From: Rhodothermia bacterium
GTDB taxonomy: Bacteria > Bacteroidota > Rhodothermia > Rhodothermales > JAAAOL01
Assembly: GCA_030428385.1 (NCBI GenBank)
Contig: JAUIDY010000018.1
Coordinates: forward strand, 474-64,473
Direction of reading: 5' to 3'
Length of the DNA stretch: 64,000 bases
The notes under the pieces are model-generated. The model did not search any database, was not told where the DNA came from, and worked only from the letters and a program-made list of their open reading frames with translations. Below are positions 1 to 9,302 of this stretch, one piece after another. Position numbers and translations under genes: made by a program. The first letter of the stretch is position 1; each line of letters opens with the position of its first letter.

Positions 1-2
1 AT

Positions 3-326
3 GATGGAGAGGACCATGCGGCATTGCGCACACAAGGCGCAGGCAAGCTTCTTGAAACGGACGACATCGGTACTCTCAGCCGGAGTGGTTATTGGATTCA
101 AGCCAGCTACAAGCACAACCAATGGCAACCCGTGATTCGCTATTCCCAACTTTTCGAGGGTGAATTGGAAGGAGAACCAGCCTCGGAGGCGGGGTGGCAA
201 CTGGCCGTTGGGGTCGGTTATTGGTTCCAGCCCGCGCTCGCGCTCAAAGTGGAGTATCTCCTGAACCAGGAAGACATGGAGGTCTCCAACAACCGTTTGG
301 CGCTTCAACTCGCTTTCGGGTTCTAG
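3..326 (+). CDS. C-terminal part of an outer-membrane beta-barrel/porin (starts before window)
   Basis: Frame is open from position 3; amphipathic strands (GYWIQASY, LAVGVGYWF, LKVEY) and a terminal beta-signal LQLAFGF. Confidence 0.75.
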   Translation, partial: DGEDHAALRTQGAGKLLETDDIGTLSRSGYWIQASYKHNQWQPVIRYSQLFEGELEGEPASEAGWQLAVGVGYWFQPALALKVEYLLNQEDMEVSNNRLALQLAFGF

Positions 327-386
327 TGCTTTTCTCTGAACAAGCCCAACACCTGCCGTTTCCCCTTTCATCTTATCGCTACGATC

Positions 387-1040
387 ATGTATAGATACTC
401 TCTCTCGCTCTTCCTATCCCTTCCATTGTTGATCGGAGCTTATCTCGCACAAACTCCTCCCTACCCAGCGGATCAGGCGTTTCAACAAAGCGCCTCTAGC
501 ATGGCAGACACCGTCCTTACCAACCGTATTGCGTTAGGAGCGGAACTGTATGCGCGTATTTGCGAAAGTTGCCATAACGCCCGAGGACCGGCTGAACGAA
601 CAGATCGTGAATGGGTGATTATTATGCAGCACATGCAAACACGCGCCAACCTAACCTACAAACAGGCCCGTTTGGTGCGAGATTTCTTGCTGGCCTCGAA
701 TGATGCAGCGCAGGCTCCAGGTAGATTGCGCACAGATCTCCCCACCACCCTGGCACCGATTACAGATGACCAGATCAGGGACGGTCGCCTAGTTTATCAA
801 CGTGCCGGAACCTGTTTCGCCTGTCATGGGACCTCCCTTGAAGGGACCGCCATTGCGCCAAATCTAGATGATACCGTTTGGAAAAACGGCGACGGCGATT
901 TTGAGTCGATCTTGAACATCGTACGCAACGGGGTCGAAGGGACCGCAATGGCTGCCTATCCGGGAGGCATAAGCGACGAACAGGCCCAACAGGTGGCCGC
1001 CTACGTCTGGGCCGTGAGCCAAAGACAGGAACAACCCTGA
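387..1040 (+). CDS. Exported dihaem c-type cytochrome
   Basis: Signal peptide; two CXXCH motifs (CESCH, CFACH); distal Met in GTAMAAY. Confidence 0.9.
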   Translation: MYRYSLSLFLSLPLLIGAYLAQTPPYPADQAFQQSASSMADTVLTNRIALGAELYARICESCHNARGPAERTDREWVIIMQHMQTRANLTYKQARLVRDFLLASNDAAQAPGRLRTDLPTTLAPITDDQIRDGRLVYQRAGTCFACHGTSLEGTAIAPNLDDTVWKNGDGDFESILNIVRNGVEGTAMAAYPGGISDEQAQQVAAYVWAVSQRQEQP

Positions 1041-1139
1041 TTGATTCTTTTGCGGGTCACCTCTCCTGAGGCTTGCCTCGCGGTCGGTCATTTTCTGAGC
1101 GCACGGTCTGCTCAACCATTCACTATTGTACCTTGAACC

Positions 1140-1682
1140 ATGTTATCGAAACATACTTCCACCTATAGCTTGCATCTCGCAATGCTGGCTGCTTTTGGTG
1201 TATTTCTTTTCTCGTTACGCCCGTTCACCATTTCCGCAAAAGCGCCCCTCCCCTATCGAATACCCGACGAGGCAACGGCGCTATCACCCACACGTGTTGA
1301 TGCAACGCCCGTAACCATCGTTATCAAGTCTGAAGGCAATACCCTTGCTTTTGACAAGAAGGAAATAACTGTAAAAACGGGTCAAGAAGTTCGACTCGTG
1401 TTCAAGAATGAAGCCACGGTTACGGGCATGCTCCATAATGTGGTCATCCTCACAAATGAGGCGGCTATTGACCGTGTGGGCATGGCTGCTATACAAGCTG
1501 CGCAATCAGAATACATCCCAGAAGATGATGCCATCCTCTTTCATACGCCCCTTGCCGATGCAGGGGAAACCGTAGAGGTAACGTTTATCGCGCCAACGCC
1601 TGGACAATATGCCTACACCTGTACGTTTCCTGGCCACTATGTGTTGATGCGAGGTGTACTGAACGTCACTTCGGGTTCATAG
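1140..1682 (+). CDS. Azurin/auracyanin-like type 1 blue copper protein
   Basis: N-terminal anchor; HNVVI and CTFPGHYVLM supply the His/Cys/His/Met ligands. Confidence 0.9.
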   Translation: MLSKHTSTYSLHLAMLAAFGVFLFSLRPFTISAKAPLPYRIPDEATALSPTRVDATPVTIVIKSEGNTLAFDKKEITVKTGQEVRLVFKNEATVTGMLHNVVILTNEAAIDRVGMAAIQAAQSEYIPEDDAILFHTPLADAGETVEVTFIAPTPGQYAYTCTFPGHYVLMRGVLNVTSGS

Positions 1683-1730
1683 GACGACGGTAGGAGGTTT
1701 TGCTTTTCTTGACCTAGCGCTTAAATATCC

Positions 1731-4328
1731 ATGCCCACCCGCTTTTACCAAGTCATCCTGGCATACCCGAAGACGGTGATAGCGGTCATCCTGGCTGTGA
1801 CGCTTCTACTGGGCTGGCAGGCCACCAAGGTCGAGTTTAATAGCTCGATAGAGGCCATCTTGCCCGAAGACCACCCGGCACTGCTGCAAGACCATGAGGT
1901 CAAACAGGTCTTCGATAGCCGCGAGATGATCCTGATCGGCATCTTGAATGATCCGAGCATCTTCCATTCCCGTACCCTCCAGAAAGTGGCGGATCTGACG
2001 GAGGCGATCTGGCAGGTAACCATCACGACAGAAGAAGACGAGCAAGCACTCGTAGCGTGGAGCCAGAAACTTGGGGCACCCTACCAGGAACAACTCGTCG
2101 CCCTCTCAGAAGATGGGCTCAGCCCTCAAGACCGTGCGGGGGTCAACAATGTGTGGATCGAAGCACGGGACGACGCCACGCTCGACCCCGCTTTTCTGGA
2201 ATTCATCGAGGAGCTGCGCCTGAAGCTCTCACCCATCAGCGATGTGCTGAGCCTTGCCCAGGTGGATAACATCACCGCAACGGCGGATGAATTGCGTATT
2301 GATCCGCCGATGTCGGTCGTACCTGCATCGGAAGACGCGCTGGAGGCCTTCGCTGCGACCGTCTACGAGAATGAGATGTTCATCGATGGTTTGGTCGCAC
2401 GCGACCGTTCCGGTACGCTGATTCTCGTGGAGCTTTCTTTTTACTACGACAACTACATCGATCTTGCCCATCGGTTATTCCAGACCTTGGAAGGGCTGGC
2501 TGAATCCTATCGGGGGCCTGAGGAAGTGCTGTTGGCGGGTGTACCTATGGTCAATGTATACACGTCCAACTATATGATGGGCGACCTGCAGCGACTCATG
2601 CCCTTGGTGGTCTTACTCGTGATGCTGGTCATGTGGGCCTTTTTCCGCACCGTGAAAGGTGCCTTGATTCCCATGGTGGTGGTGCTCGTCGCCCTGGTCT
2701 GGACACTTGGGTTCATGGCGCTGTTTGGGCGGCCCATTACCCTGGTGGTCTCTGCCATGCCCATCATTCTGATCGCTATAGGCGTGGCCGATGGCATCCA
2801 TCTCATCACCGAATACCAGGTACTCTGGACGGAATACCGCGATCAGGACCAAGCCATCTTGGGTACCATGCACGCGATGCACCGCCCGATTATCTATACG
2901 TCGCTTACCGACATGGCAGGGTTTGGGTCGTTGGCAATCTCTAGCATCGCCTCCATTCGGGATTTCGGTGTTTTTACCTCGGTAGGCGTGTTGGCGGCCC
3001 TCGTGTTTTCGCTCACCTTCATCCCGGCAGTGCTCAAGTTAATGAAGCCGCCGCCGCCGCGGGCACACGTATCCCAAACGGGACCCTTTGCATCCCTCCT
3101 CAAGTGGCTTGGGGAACAGGCGCTTCTACATCGACGCGGCGTGGTTGCAGGTGCATTCCTGATTGTTGTCTTCGCCGCCATCTTGCTACCACGCATTGAA
3201 GTCGGAAGCCGCATGGTGGGGATGTTCCACGAGGATAGCGAGATCGTGCAGGCCAGCAACATGATCAATGCGAAATTTGGCGGCACCGAGGTGCTGAACA
3301 TCGTCCTTGACACCGGTGCGCCCGATGGCCTGAAAGACCCACAACGACTGTCCAAAATCGCGGCCTTGCAAGACACGCTCGAAGCACAGCCCCTCGTGGG
3401 CTACACCAGCTCCTTGGCCGATTACATCAAACGGATCAACCTGGTCATGCATGAAGCGGACACCAGCTACAACCGGATCCCGGCCGAGATAGAACAGGTG
3501 CTGGAGTCTGATTGGGAGACCGTAGACGGCGAAGAAATCGAGGTTCTCCGACCGGTGCCGGTGCACGGACGCGATGTGATTGCCCAGTACCTGTTGCTCT
3601 ATGAAAATGCGGGCGGCAATGACGTGGAGAAACTGGCCGACTATGACTACCAAAAAGCCAACATCATTGCCCAGATTCGAACGGACCACACCCCGCACCT
3701 TACCCAAATCCGCCAGATCGCACAGGACTATGCGTACCGGGCGTTTGGCCCGGAGGCGAAGGTTACGTTTGCAGGCTGTTCCAACCTGTGTATTGTCGCC
3801 GATGAACTCATTATTCCAAGCCAGCTCAAGAGTTTGGGGTTAGCACTGGTGGTTGTCTTTGTGCTGCTCATCCTCATCTTTCGGTCATTTCGGTATGGCG
3901 TGATCGGCTTACTCCCCCTGGCCCTGACCGTGTTGGTTGTCTTTGGCCTGCTGAGTCTGTTTGGGGTTTATCTGGATGCAATCACCGCACTCATTGCCAG
4001 CATTGTCCTGGGCATCGGCATTGACTACAGTATTCACTTTGTGTCACGCTACCAGCGTCTTCGGCAAGATGGCACCGAACCCCAAGCCGCGGTACTCGAG
4101 ACCATGCACACATCCGGGCGGGCCATCCTGTTCAACTCGCTGGCGGTTGCGCTCGGGTTCCTGGTCTTGCTGTTTTCGAGCTTCTGGCCTGTCATCCACA
4201 TCGGATGGATGGTCGCCATCAATATGGTGTTGGCGGCCTTGTTTACGCTCGTGTTGCTTCCTGCCGTCTTGCACGCCGACACCCGCAGAAAACGCCCGTC
4301 TCCTCCCAACGCTGACTTTGCATCATGA
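1731..4328 (+). CDS. MMPL/RND (HAE3-like) inner-membrane transporter
   Basis: 865 aa, two TM bundles each with a periplasmic loop; IGVADGIH and GIGIDYSIH motifs. Confidence 0.9.
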   Translation: MPTRFYQVILAYPKTVIAVILAVTLLLGWQATKVEFNSSIEAILPEDHPALLQDHEVKQVFDSREMILIGILNDPSIFHSRTLQKVADLTEAIWQVTITTEEDEQALVAWSQKLGAPYQEQLVALSEDGLSPQDRAGVNNVWIEARDDATLDPAFLEFIEELRLKLSPISDVLSLAQVDNITATADELRIDPPMSVVPASEDALEAFAATVYENEMFIDGLVARDRSGTLILVELSFYYDNYIDLAHRLFQTLEGLAESYRGPEEVLLAGVPMVNVYTSNYMMGDLQRLMPLVVLLVMLVMWAFFRTVKGALIPMVVVLVALVWTLGFMALFGRPITLVVSAMPIILIAIGVADGIHLITEYQVLWTEYRDQDQAILGTMHAMHRPIIYTSLTDMAGFGSLAISSIASIRDFGVFTSVGVLAALVFSLTFIPAVLKLMKPPPPRAHVSQTGPFASLLKWLGEQALLHRRGVVAGAFLIVVFAAILLPRIEVGSRMVGMFHEDSEIVQASNMINAKFGGTEVLNIVLDTGAPDGLKDPQRLSKIAALQDTLEAQPLVGYTSSLADYIKRINLVMHEADTSYNRIPAEIEQVLESDWETVDGEEIEVLRPVPVHGRDVIAQYLLLYENAGGNDVEKLADYDYQKANIIAQIRTDHTPHLTQIRQIAQDYAYRAFGPEAKVTFAGCSNLCIVADELIIPSQLKSLGLALVVVFVLLILIFRSFRYGVIGLLPLALTVLVVFGLLSLFGVYLDAITALIASIVLGIGIDYSIHFVSRYQRLRQDGTEPQAAVLETMHTSGRAILFNSLAVALGFLVLLFSSFWPVIHIGWMVAINMVLAALFTLVLLPAVLHADTRRKRPSPPNADFAS

Positions 4329-5113
4329 AATATATTTATAGCATCCTCTCCCTCTTGTGTATCCTCGTTGCCCCGGCCTTGGCCCAGCAGCCCACCGGGC
4401 AGGCCATCATGGAGAACTACGAGGCACAGAACCGCACACAGGATACCTTTGCTGAGGTTCACCTTACGCTTCGCGCTGCACGAGGCGGCACCCGTGAACG
4501 CGACCTTACAATGTGGACCCGTACCCTGGCAGATGACACACGCCAGCAACTGATCCGCTTCGATGCCCCTGCCGACGTGCGGGGAACCGGCTTTCTGTCG
4601 CTCGAAAACACTGACCGGGAAGACGACAACTGGCTGTATCTGCCCGCGCTGCGGAAGACCCGCCGGATAGCAGGCACCGACAAACGAGACCGGTTTGCCG
4701 GCACCGACTTCTTCTATGAAGACCTAACCCCGGAAAAGCTGGAGGATTTTACGTATGCCTTACAAGGCGAAGACACGGTGGAGGGTACCGCCGTGTGGGT
4801 GGTGGAGGCCGTTCCGGTGTTGGCAGACCGGATCGCGGAGACCGCCTATGGCAAGCGGGAGCTGTGGATCAGCAAGGATCATGCGGTACTGCTTCAGGCG
4901 AAGTTTTACGATCATGGCGGCGGATATATGAAGCGCCTGGAGGCCCGCGACGTTCGGCAGGTGCCCGGCACCGCGATGTGGTGGGCCTATACCGTTACGA
5001 TGGAAGATATGCAGGAAGGAAGCCAAACGGAGTTGGTCTTCAACACACTTGAAATAGACCAGGGCGTGCCAGAGGATGTTTTTTCACAACGGTACCTGAA
5101 ACGCGGTCAGTAA
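4325..5113 (+). CDS. LolA-like outer-membrane lipoprotein-sorting family protein
   Basis: Signal peptide; PADVRGTGFL, WLYLPALRKTRRI, FAGTDFFYEDL motifs; overlaps MMPL stop (ATGA). Confidence 0.85.
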   Translation: MKYIYSILSLLCILVAPALAQQPTGQAIMENYEAQNRTQDTFAEVHLTLRAARGGTRERDLTMWTRTLADDTRQQLIRFDAPADVRGTGFLSLENTDREDDNWLYLPALRKTRRIAGTDKRDRFAGTDFFYEDLTPEKLEDFTYALQGEDTVEGTAVWVVEAVPVLADRIAETAYGKRELWISKDHAVLLQAKFYDHGGGYMKRLEARDVRQVPGTAMWWAYTVTMEDMQEGSQTELVFNTLEIDQGVPEDVFSQRYLKRGQ

Positions 5114-5114
5114 C

Positions 5115-6419
5115 ATGGTTCGCTGCCAAAGACTCCTCCTTGCTCTTGGGACCATGCTTTTCCCGCTGGTTGCGTTGGCCCAGGTTCATCTCGGTGGTTT
5201 TGTCGAGGGAGATGTCATTACGTATTTCGAAAACCCCAACCCGGAGGTTGTTAACGGACGAAACCAGGTCATCCTGCAAACCGAACTGCGTCATGAACAA
5301 GGGCAGCGTGCTGCGATTTTCGGAGCCATCGAATTTCGCTATGACCAGGCAGATCTTACCCGCAACCGGGTGTATCTGGACGAAGCCTACATCAACCTGT
5401 ATCTCGGTGCGCTCGATCTGCGGGTAGGCAAACAACGTATCGCCTGGGGACGCGCCGATGGGTTCAACCCTACCGATAACCTGTCGGCATGGGACTTCTC
5501 GGACCTGTTAGACACCGAGGATGAAAAGCTGGGCCTTGTCGCGGTCAGCGCCACGTATTACGTCGGCGATTGGTCGCTGGCGGCCGTGTTGGCTCCTTCC
5601 TTCGTGCCCAGTGTTCTTCCGGGGCAGCGTTCCCGTTGGTGGCCCACCTTGCCCATGCAGATCGATAATCCGGCCTATCCGTCTTCGGGTCCTCCTCTGA
5701 TTCCCGTCACCTACACGCTGTCCCCACCGCAGCTTCCCGATGCCCGCCCGCAAAACGCACAGTATGGCATCCGTCTGGATGGATTTGTGCGCGGCTGGGA
5801 TGTCTCCGTAAGCTGGTTTGACGGCTTTGACGACTTGCCCACGCTACGCGAGTTTGTCGTGCCAGATCCGTCTCTAACCACCGTAGACATTCAGATTGAG
5901 CAGACGTACCATCGCCGCCGTGCTGTGGGCATGGATGCCGCCACCACGGTCGGAGCCCTGGGCATACATGCAGAGACGGCGTACTTCTTGACCGAAGACT
6001 GGGAGGGAACCGATCCTGCCGTGGACGACCCCTACATACACTTCGTAGCAGGGCTGGATTACACCCTGAATGATCTGCTCGCGGATCATGATGTGTTTCT
6101 TGTGTTGGAGTGGAGCCAGGAAGTACAAATCCCCGATCGACAGATGAGCTACCGGGCAACCGATTTGAACCATGTCTTTCGCAAGGCGCTTTTTGGCAAA
6201 GCAGATTTAAAATGGGACACCTACAAAACCCTCACCCTTGAAGGCGTCTATGCACACTCAGATCGTAGCTTTTACCTCCAGCCCGGTCTCGACTGGTCTA
6301 TCGCGGATGGTATAGTCCTTCGCGTTGGGGTGGATCTACCTGGAGGACCCGCTTCGTCATTTTTCGGCGGCTACAAGACAAACAAGCGGGTGCAGGCACG
6401 GCTTAAGTACAGCTTTTAA
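5115..6419 (+). CDS. Outer-membrane beta-barrel (DUF1302-like)
   Basis: Signal peptide; LDEAY, LRVGKQRIAWGRAD..NPTD motif; C-terminal LKYSF. Confidence 0.8.
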   Translation: MVRCQRLLLALGTMLFPLVALAQVHLGGFVEGDVITYFENPNPEVVNGRNQVILQTELRHEQGQRAAIFGAIEFRYDQADLTRNRVYLDEAYINLYLGALDLRVGKQRIAWGRADGFNPTDNLSAWDFSDLLDTEDEKLGLVAVSATYYVGDWSLAAVLAPSFVPSVLPGQRSRWWPTLPMQIDNPAYPSSGPPLIPVTYTLSPPQLPDARPQNAQYGIRLDGFVRGWDVSVSWFDGFDDLPTLREFVVPDPSLTTVDIQIEQTYHRRRAVGMDAATTVGALGIHAETAYFLTEDWEGTDPAVDDPYIHFVAGLDYTLNDLLADHDVFLVLEWSQEVQIPDRQMSYRATDLNHVFRKALFGKADLKWDTYKTLTLEGVYAHSDRSFYLQPGLDWSIADGIVLRVGVDLPGGPASSFFGGYKTNKRVQARLKYSF

Positions 6420-6454
6420 GCGACGTCGTATTGGCAACCCAAAGGAAAAACGCC

Positions 6455-8866
6455 ATGAAAGACCAGCCTACTCGACGTTTTTTCGTTGTCATTGCCGTGT
6501 TTGTGCTCTCGCTGAGTATACTTTGCTTCGAGGTGGTACTCACCCGCATTTTTTCGGTAATGCTGAGCTATCACTTTGTGTTTGCTATTATTTCGTTTGC
6601 GCTGCTTGGGCTGGGATTGGGTGGTTTGTTGCTGGCACGCTGGAGACGCCGGTTTCAGCGTGCCACCTTTGCCCACACGACCACCGTACTTGCTCTTTCC
6701 ATCGGAGTGTCGGTCTATCTGATGACGCAGCTCCCCATCACAGGGCATGCTTTCCCGATGGAAGCAAGGCTTGCGATTTATCTCCTGCTGGCCATCACTC
6801 CTTTTTTGTTTGCCGGGATCGTCTTTGCTGAACTATTCCAGCGCTATGCAGATTTCAGTTCGATCCTCTACGGCACTGATCTTTTGGGGGCTACCCTGGG
6901 TGTGGTAGTGGCGGTGGTGTTGCTCGACGCAATGGGAGGTGTTCGTGCCGCGCTGCTGGCTGGCGAAGGTGTTGCGGTGGCTGCGCTGGTGTTTCATGGC
7001 GCTTTTGCTGAGACAAGGGGGAAACGATTGGTATTGGGGAAACGTTTGGTATTCCCGTCGCTTGTTGCGCTTGGGCTGCTGGCCTTGCTCCTGCTTCCGG
7101 GTGGTCTGGACGTACCCGTTGTGATGGATGCCAACAAGGATATGTCCCGCTTCCTCAACAATCCGGCAGACGATGCCGAGATCGTAGAAAGCCGGTGGAG
7201 TGCATTTGGTCGCACCGATCTTGTTCGGAGTAGCCAAACGCCGGATCAAATGACGCTGTTTGTCGATGGGGCCGCCGGTTCTGCCATGTATAACCTGCCT
7301 CTCCTACTTGAGGACGACCAAAAGAGCCAGCACCTGCGCTCTCATTATGGTGCTTATTTCCCCTTCTTTTTTTTGGATGAAAAGGAAAAAGAGACGGCGT
7401 TGATTATCGGATCCGGCGGTGGCCGTGATGTGGTGGTTGCGCTGCTCGGTGGCGTGCCATCCATTACAGCGGTAGAGGTAAATCCTGATGTCGTTGGTCT
7501 GGTACAGGATTATGCCGAATTCAATGGCGGGATCTATACCGATCATCCAAACGTCGCTGTCCAGGTACAGGAAGGGCGCAATTACCTGCGTACAACAGAC
7601 GACCTGTATGACCTCATCATGATGGCGCTGCCCATTACCAAAAGCAGCCGTAGTGTGGAAGGATATGCGCTCACGGAAAACCACCTGTTCACCGTTGAAG
7701 CCTTTGGCGACTATTTAAATCATCTGACCCCAGAAGGGCGGCTCCTTTTCGTCACCCACTCGAATATTGAGTTGTATCGTTTGGTGGTGCTGGCACTGGC
7801 CGCATTCGAGCAGCAAGGCATCGGTACCCAAGCCGCCATGCAGCATATCTACACAGTGAATCCCGGAACGATGCCGACGCTGATTGTCAAAAAAACGGCC
7901 TTCGACGCTCTCGACATCGAACCGCGCCATGCCTTGATGCATGACCTGAATTATGATATGGGCAACTTTTTTGTGCCCTATGCGCCACAGGAGCCGCAAA
8001 CAACGTTCGGGCAACTGAACCTTTTAGGCATGGATCGAATGTTTGATCAGATTCTAGTCGACATTTCCACGGGAAAACTCCCCGTCCAAGCATTGATCAC
8101 GTATGCCCCTTTTGACCTTTCACCCGTCACCGACGACAGCCCTTTCTTCTTCAAATACACCCTCGGCTTACCTGCTCCCTTCCCTTTGTTGATGCTGCTC
8201 ATCATCCTCGTGGTAGGCGTGTGGGTTACTGTTATGGGGTTTCATCGGCGCTACGTACGAAGCCGCCATCCCGCGCTTGCTGCGCTGTCGGCTTCTCGGA
8301 CGATGCGAACGTTGTTGTGGGTCGCCTTTTTTCTGGGTATAGGCTTCATGTTGCTTGAAATTGCGCTGTTTCAAAAGCTGGCGCTCTACATGCCCCATCC
8401 GATTTTTGCCCTTACGGTCCTGCTTTTTACACTCTTGTTGGGTACCGGACTGGGTAGTTTGTGCAGTGCACTGACCCACCACCGTCTCGCCGAGGTGCTC
8501 GTTGGGGCCGCGCTCGTCGTAGCCGTGTCCAGTTTCCTCGCGACCAAGCTTTTGCCTGTGGTCTTCGAAACGGTGCTGGAACCCAAGTTGGCGGCCACAC
8601 TTTTCCTGGTCCCCGTTGGTTTTTTCCTCGGATTTCCCTTTCCCCTTTCCATCCGCCTGATGAGTAAGGCGGACCTGGCCCCGTTTGTGGATCTGTTGTG
8701 GGGTATCAACGGCATCGCTTCCGTGATCGGCTCGTCCCTCGCCATGATAATTGGCATCACCTTCAACTTTACGGGGGCGTTGTTTTTGGGAGGCATCCTC
8801 TATCTCAGTATCGCGCTGGTGATGGGCTGGTCCTTACGCAACGACCCGAATCTTAAGAGTTTTTAG
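6455..8866 (+). CDS. Membrane-bound spermidine-synthase-like / SAM-dependent transferase
   Basis: N- and C-terminal TM bundles around a Rossmann domain (IIGSGGGRDV, AVEVNP, EGRNYL). Confidence 0.8.
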   Translation: MKDQPTRRFFVVIAVFVLSLSILCFEVVLTRIFSVMLSYHFVFAIISFALLGLGLGGLLLARWRRRFQRATFAHTTTVLALSIGVSVYLMTQLPITGHAFPMEARLAIYLLLAITPFLFAGIVFAELFQRYADFSSILYGTDLLGATLGVVVAVVLLDAMGGVRAALLAGEGVAVAALVFHGAFAETRGKRLVLGKRLVFPSLVALGLLALLLLPGGLDVPVVMDANKDMSRFLNNPADDAEIVESRWSAFGRTDLVRSSQTPDQMTLFVDGAAGSAMYNLPLLLEDDQKSQHLRSHYGAYFPFFFLDEKEKETALIIGSGGGRDVVVALLGGVPSITAVEVNPDVVGLVQDYAEFNGGIYTDHPNVAVQVQEGRNYLRTTDDLYDLIMMALPITKSSRSVEGYALTENHLFTVEAFGDYLNHLTPEGRLLFVTHSNIELYRLVVLALAAFEQQGIGTQAAMQHIYTVNPGTMPTLIVKKTAFDALDIEPRHALMHDLNYDMGNFFVPYAPQEPQTTFGQLNLLGMDRMFDQILVDISTGKLPVQALITYAPFDLSPVTDDSPFFFKYTLGLPAPFPLLMLLIILVVGVWVTVMGFHRRYVRSRHPALAALSASRTMRTLLWVAFFLGIGFMLLEIALFQKLALYMPHPIFALTVLLFTLLLGTGLGSLCSALTHHRLAEVLVGAALVVAVSSFLATKLLPVVFETVLEPKLAATLFLVPVGFFLGFPFPLSIRLMSKADLAPFVDLLWGINGIASVIGSSLAMIIGITFNFTGALFLGGILYLSIALVMGWSLRNDPNLKSF

Positions 8867-8878
8867 TCTGTCGTTAAG
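8853..8878 (+). promoter_or_regulatory. Putative OmpR-family box (TTAAG repeats)
   Basis: TTAAG 8853, TTAGT 8863, TTAAG 8874; shares CTGTCGTTAAGC with the 59246 site. Confidence 0.55.
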
Positions 8879-8963
8879 CCAATCTTCAGACGACGACCGC
8901 GATGTTGCAGGCGTGAATCCTACACCTTTAGGTTACTTCGCTCACGGCAAACCGCATTGCATC

Positions 8964-9254
8964 ATGGCTACCCTGCACGGTCTCCCCGCACCTCCGCCTT
9001 TTGAACAACCTCCAGACCCGCTCCTTGAGGATCGACTCCTTGAGGATCCACCAACGCGAACCTCACCCCCTTCATTCGAAGCGCCACCCCATCATTCCAC
9101 ATCCAATATGGGAGGCATGCTGCTGCTGTGCCTGCTTGTCTTCGGAATTGTCTTTTGGATGGCATCCACGCCGAATCGTCCTTCGCAAGCGTGGATCTGG
9201 CTTCTCTTGCTCCTCTGTCCCTTGTTCCATCTCATCTTCCATCGCCATCACTAG
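8964..9254 (+). CDS. DUF2933-like small membrane protein
   Basis: Two TM segments ending LLLLCPLFHLIFHRHH. Confidence 0.65.
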   Translation: MATLHGLPAPPPFEQPPDPLLEDRLLEDPPTRTSPPSFEAPPHHSTSNMGGMLLLCLLVFGIVFWMASTPNRPSQAWIWLLLLLCPLFHLIFHRHH

Positions 9255-9302
9255 GCCGCCTGTTATTCTGTCTTTCTCGTCGGGTCTTCCTGCTCTTTAT
9301 CT

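Noticed and set aside
6403-6420. TTAAG pair before the SAM-transferase gene
   Set aside because: 13-bp spacing breaks the period, and it lies within the end of a coding sequence
7018-7053. In-frame tandem duplications (GKRLVL x2; also 9021-9050, ~53175-53225, ~57181-57210)
   Set aside because: Short slippage duplications in linkers or metal-binding tails; no larger system implied
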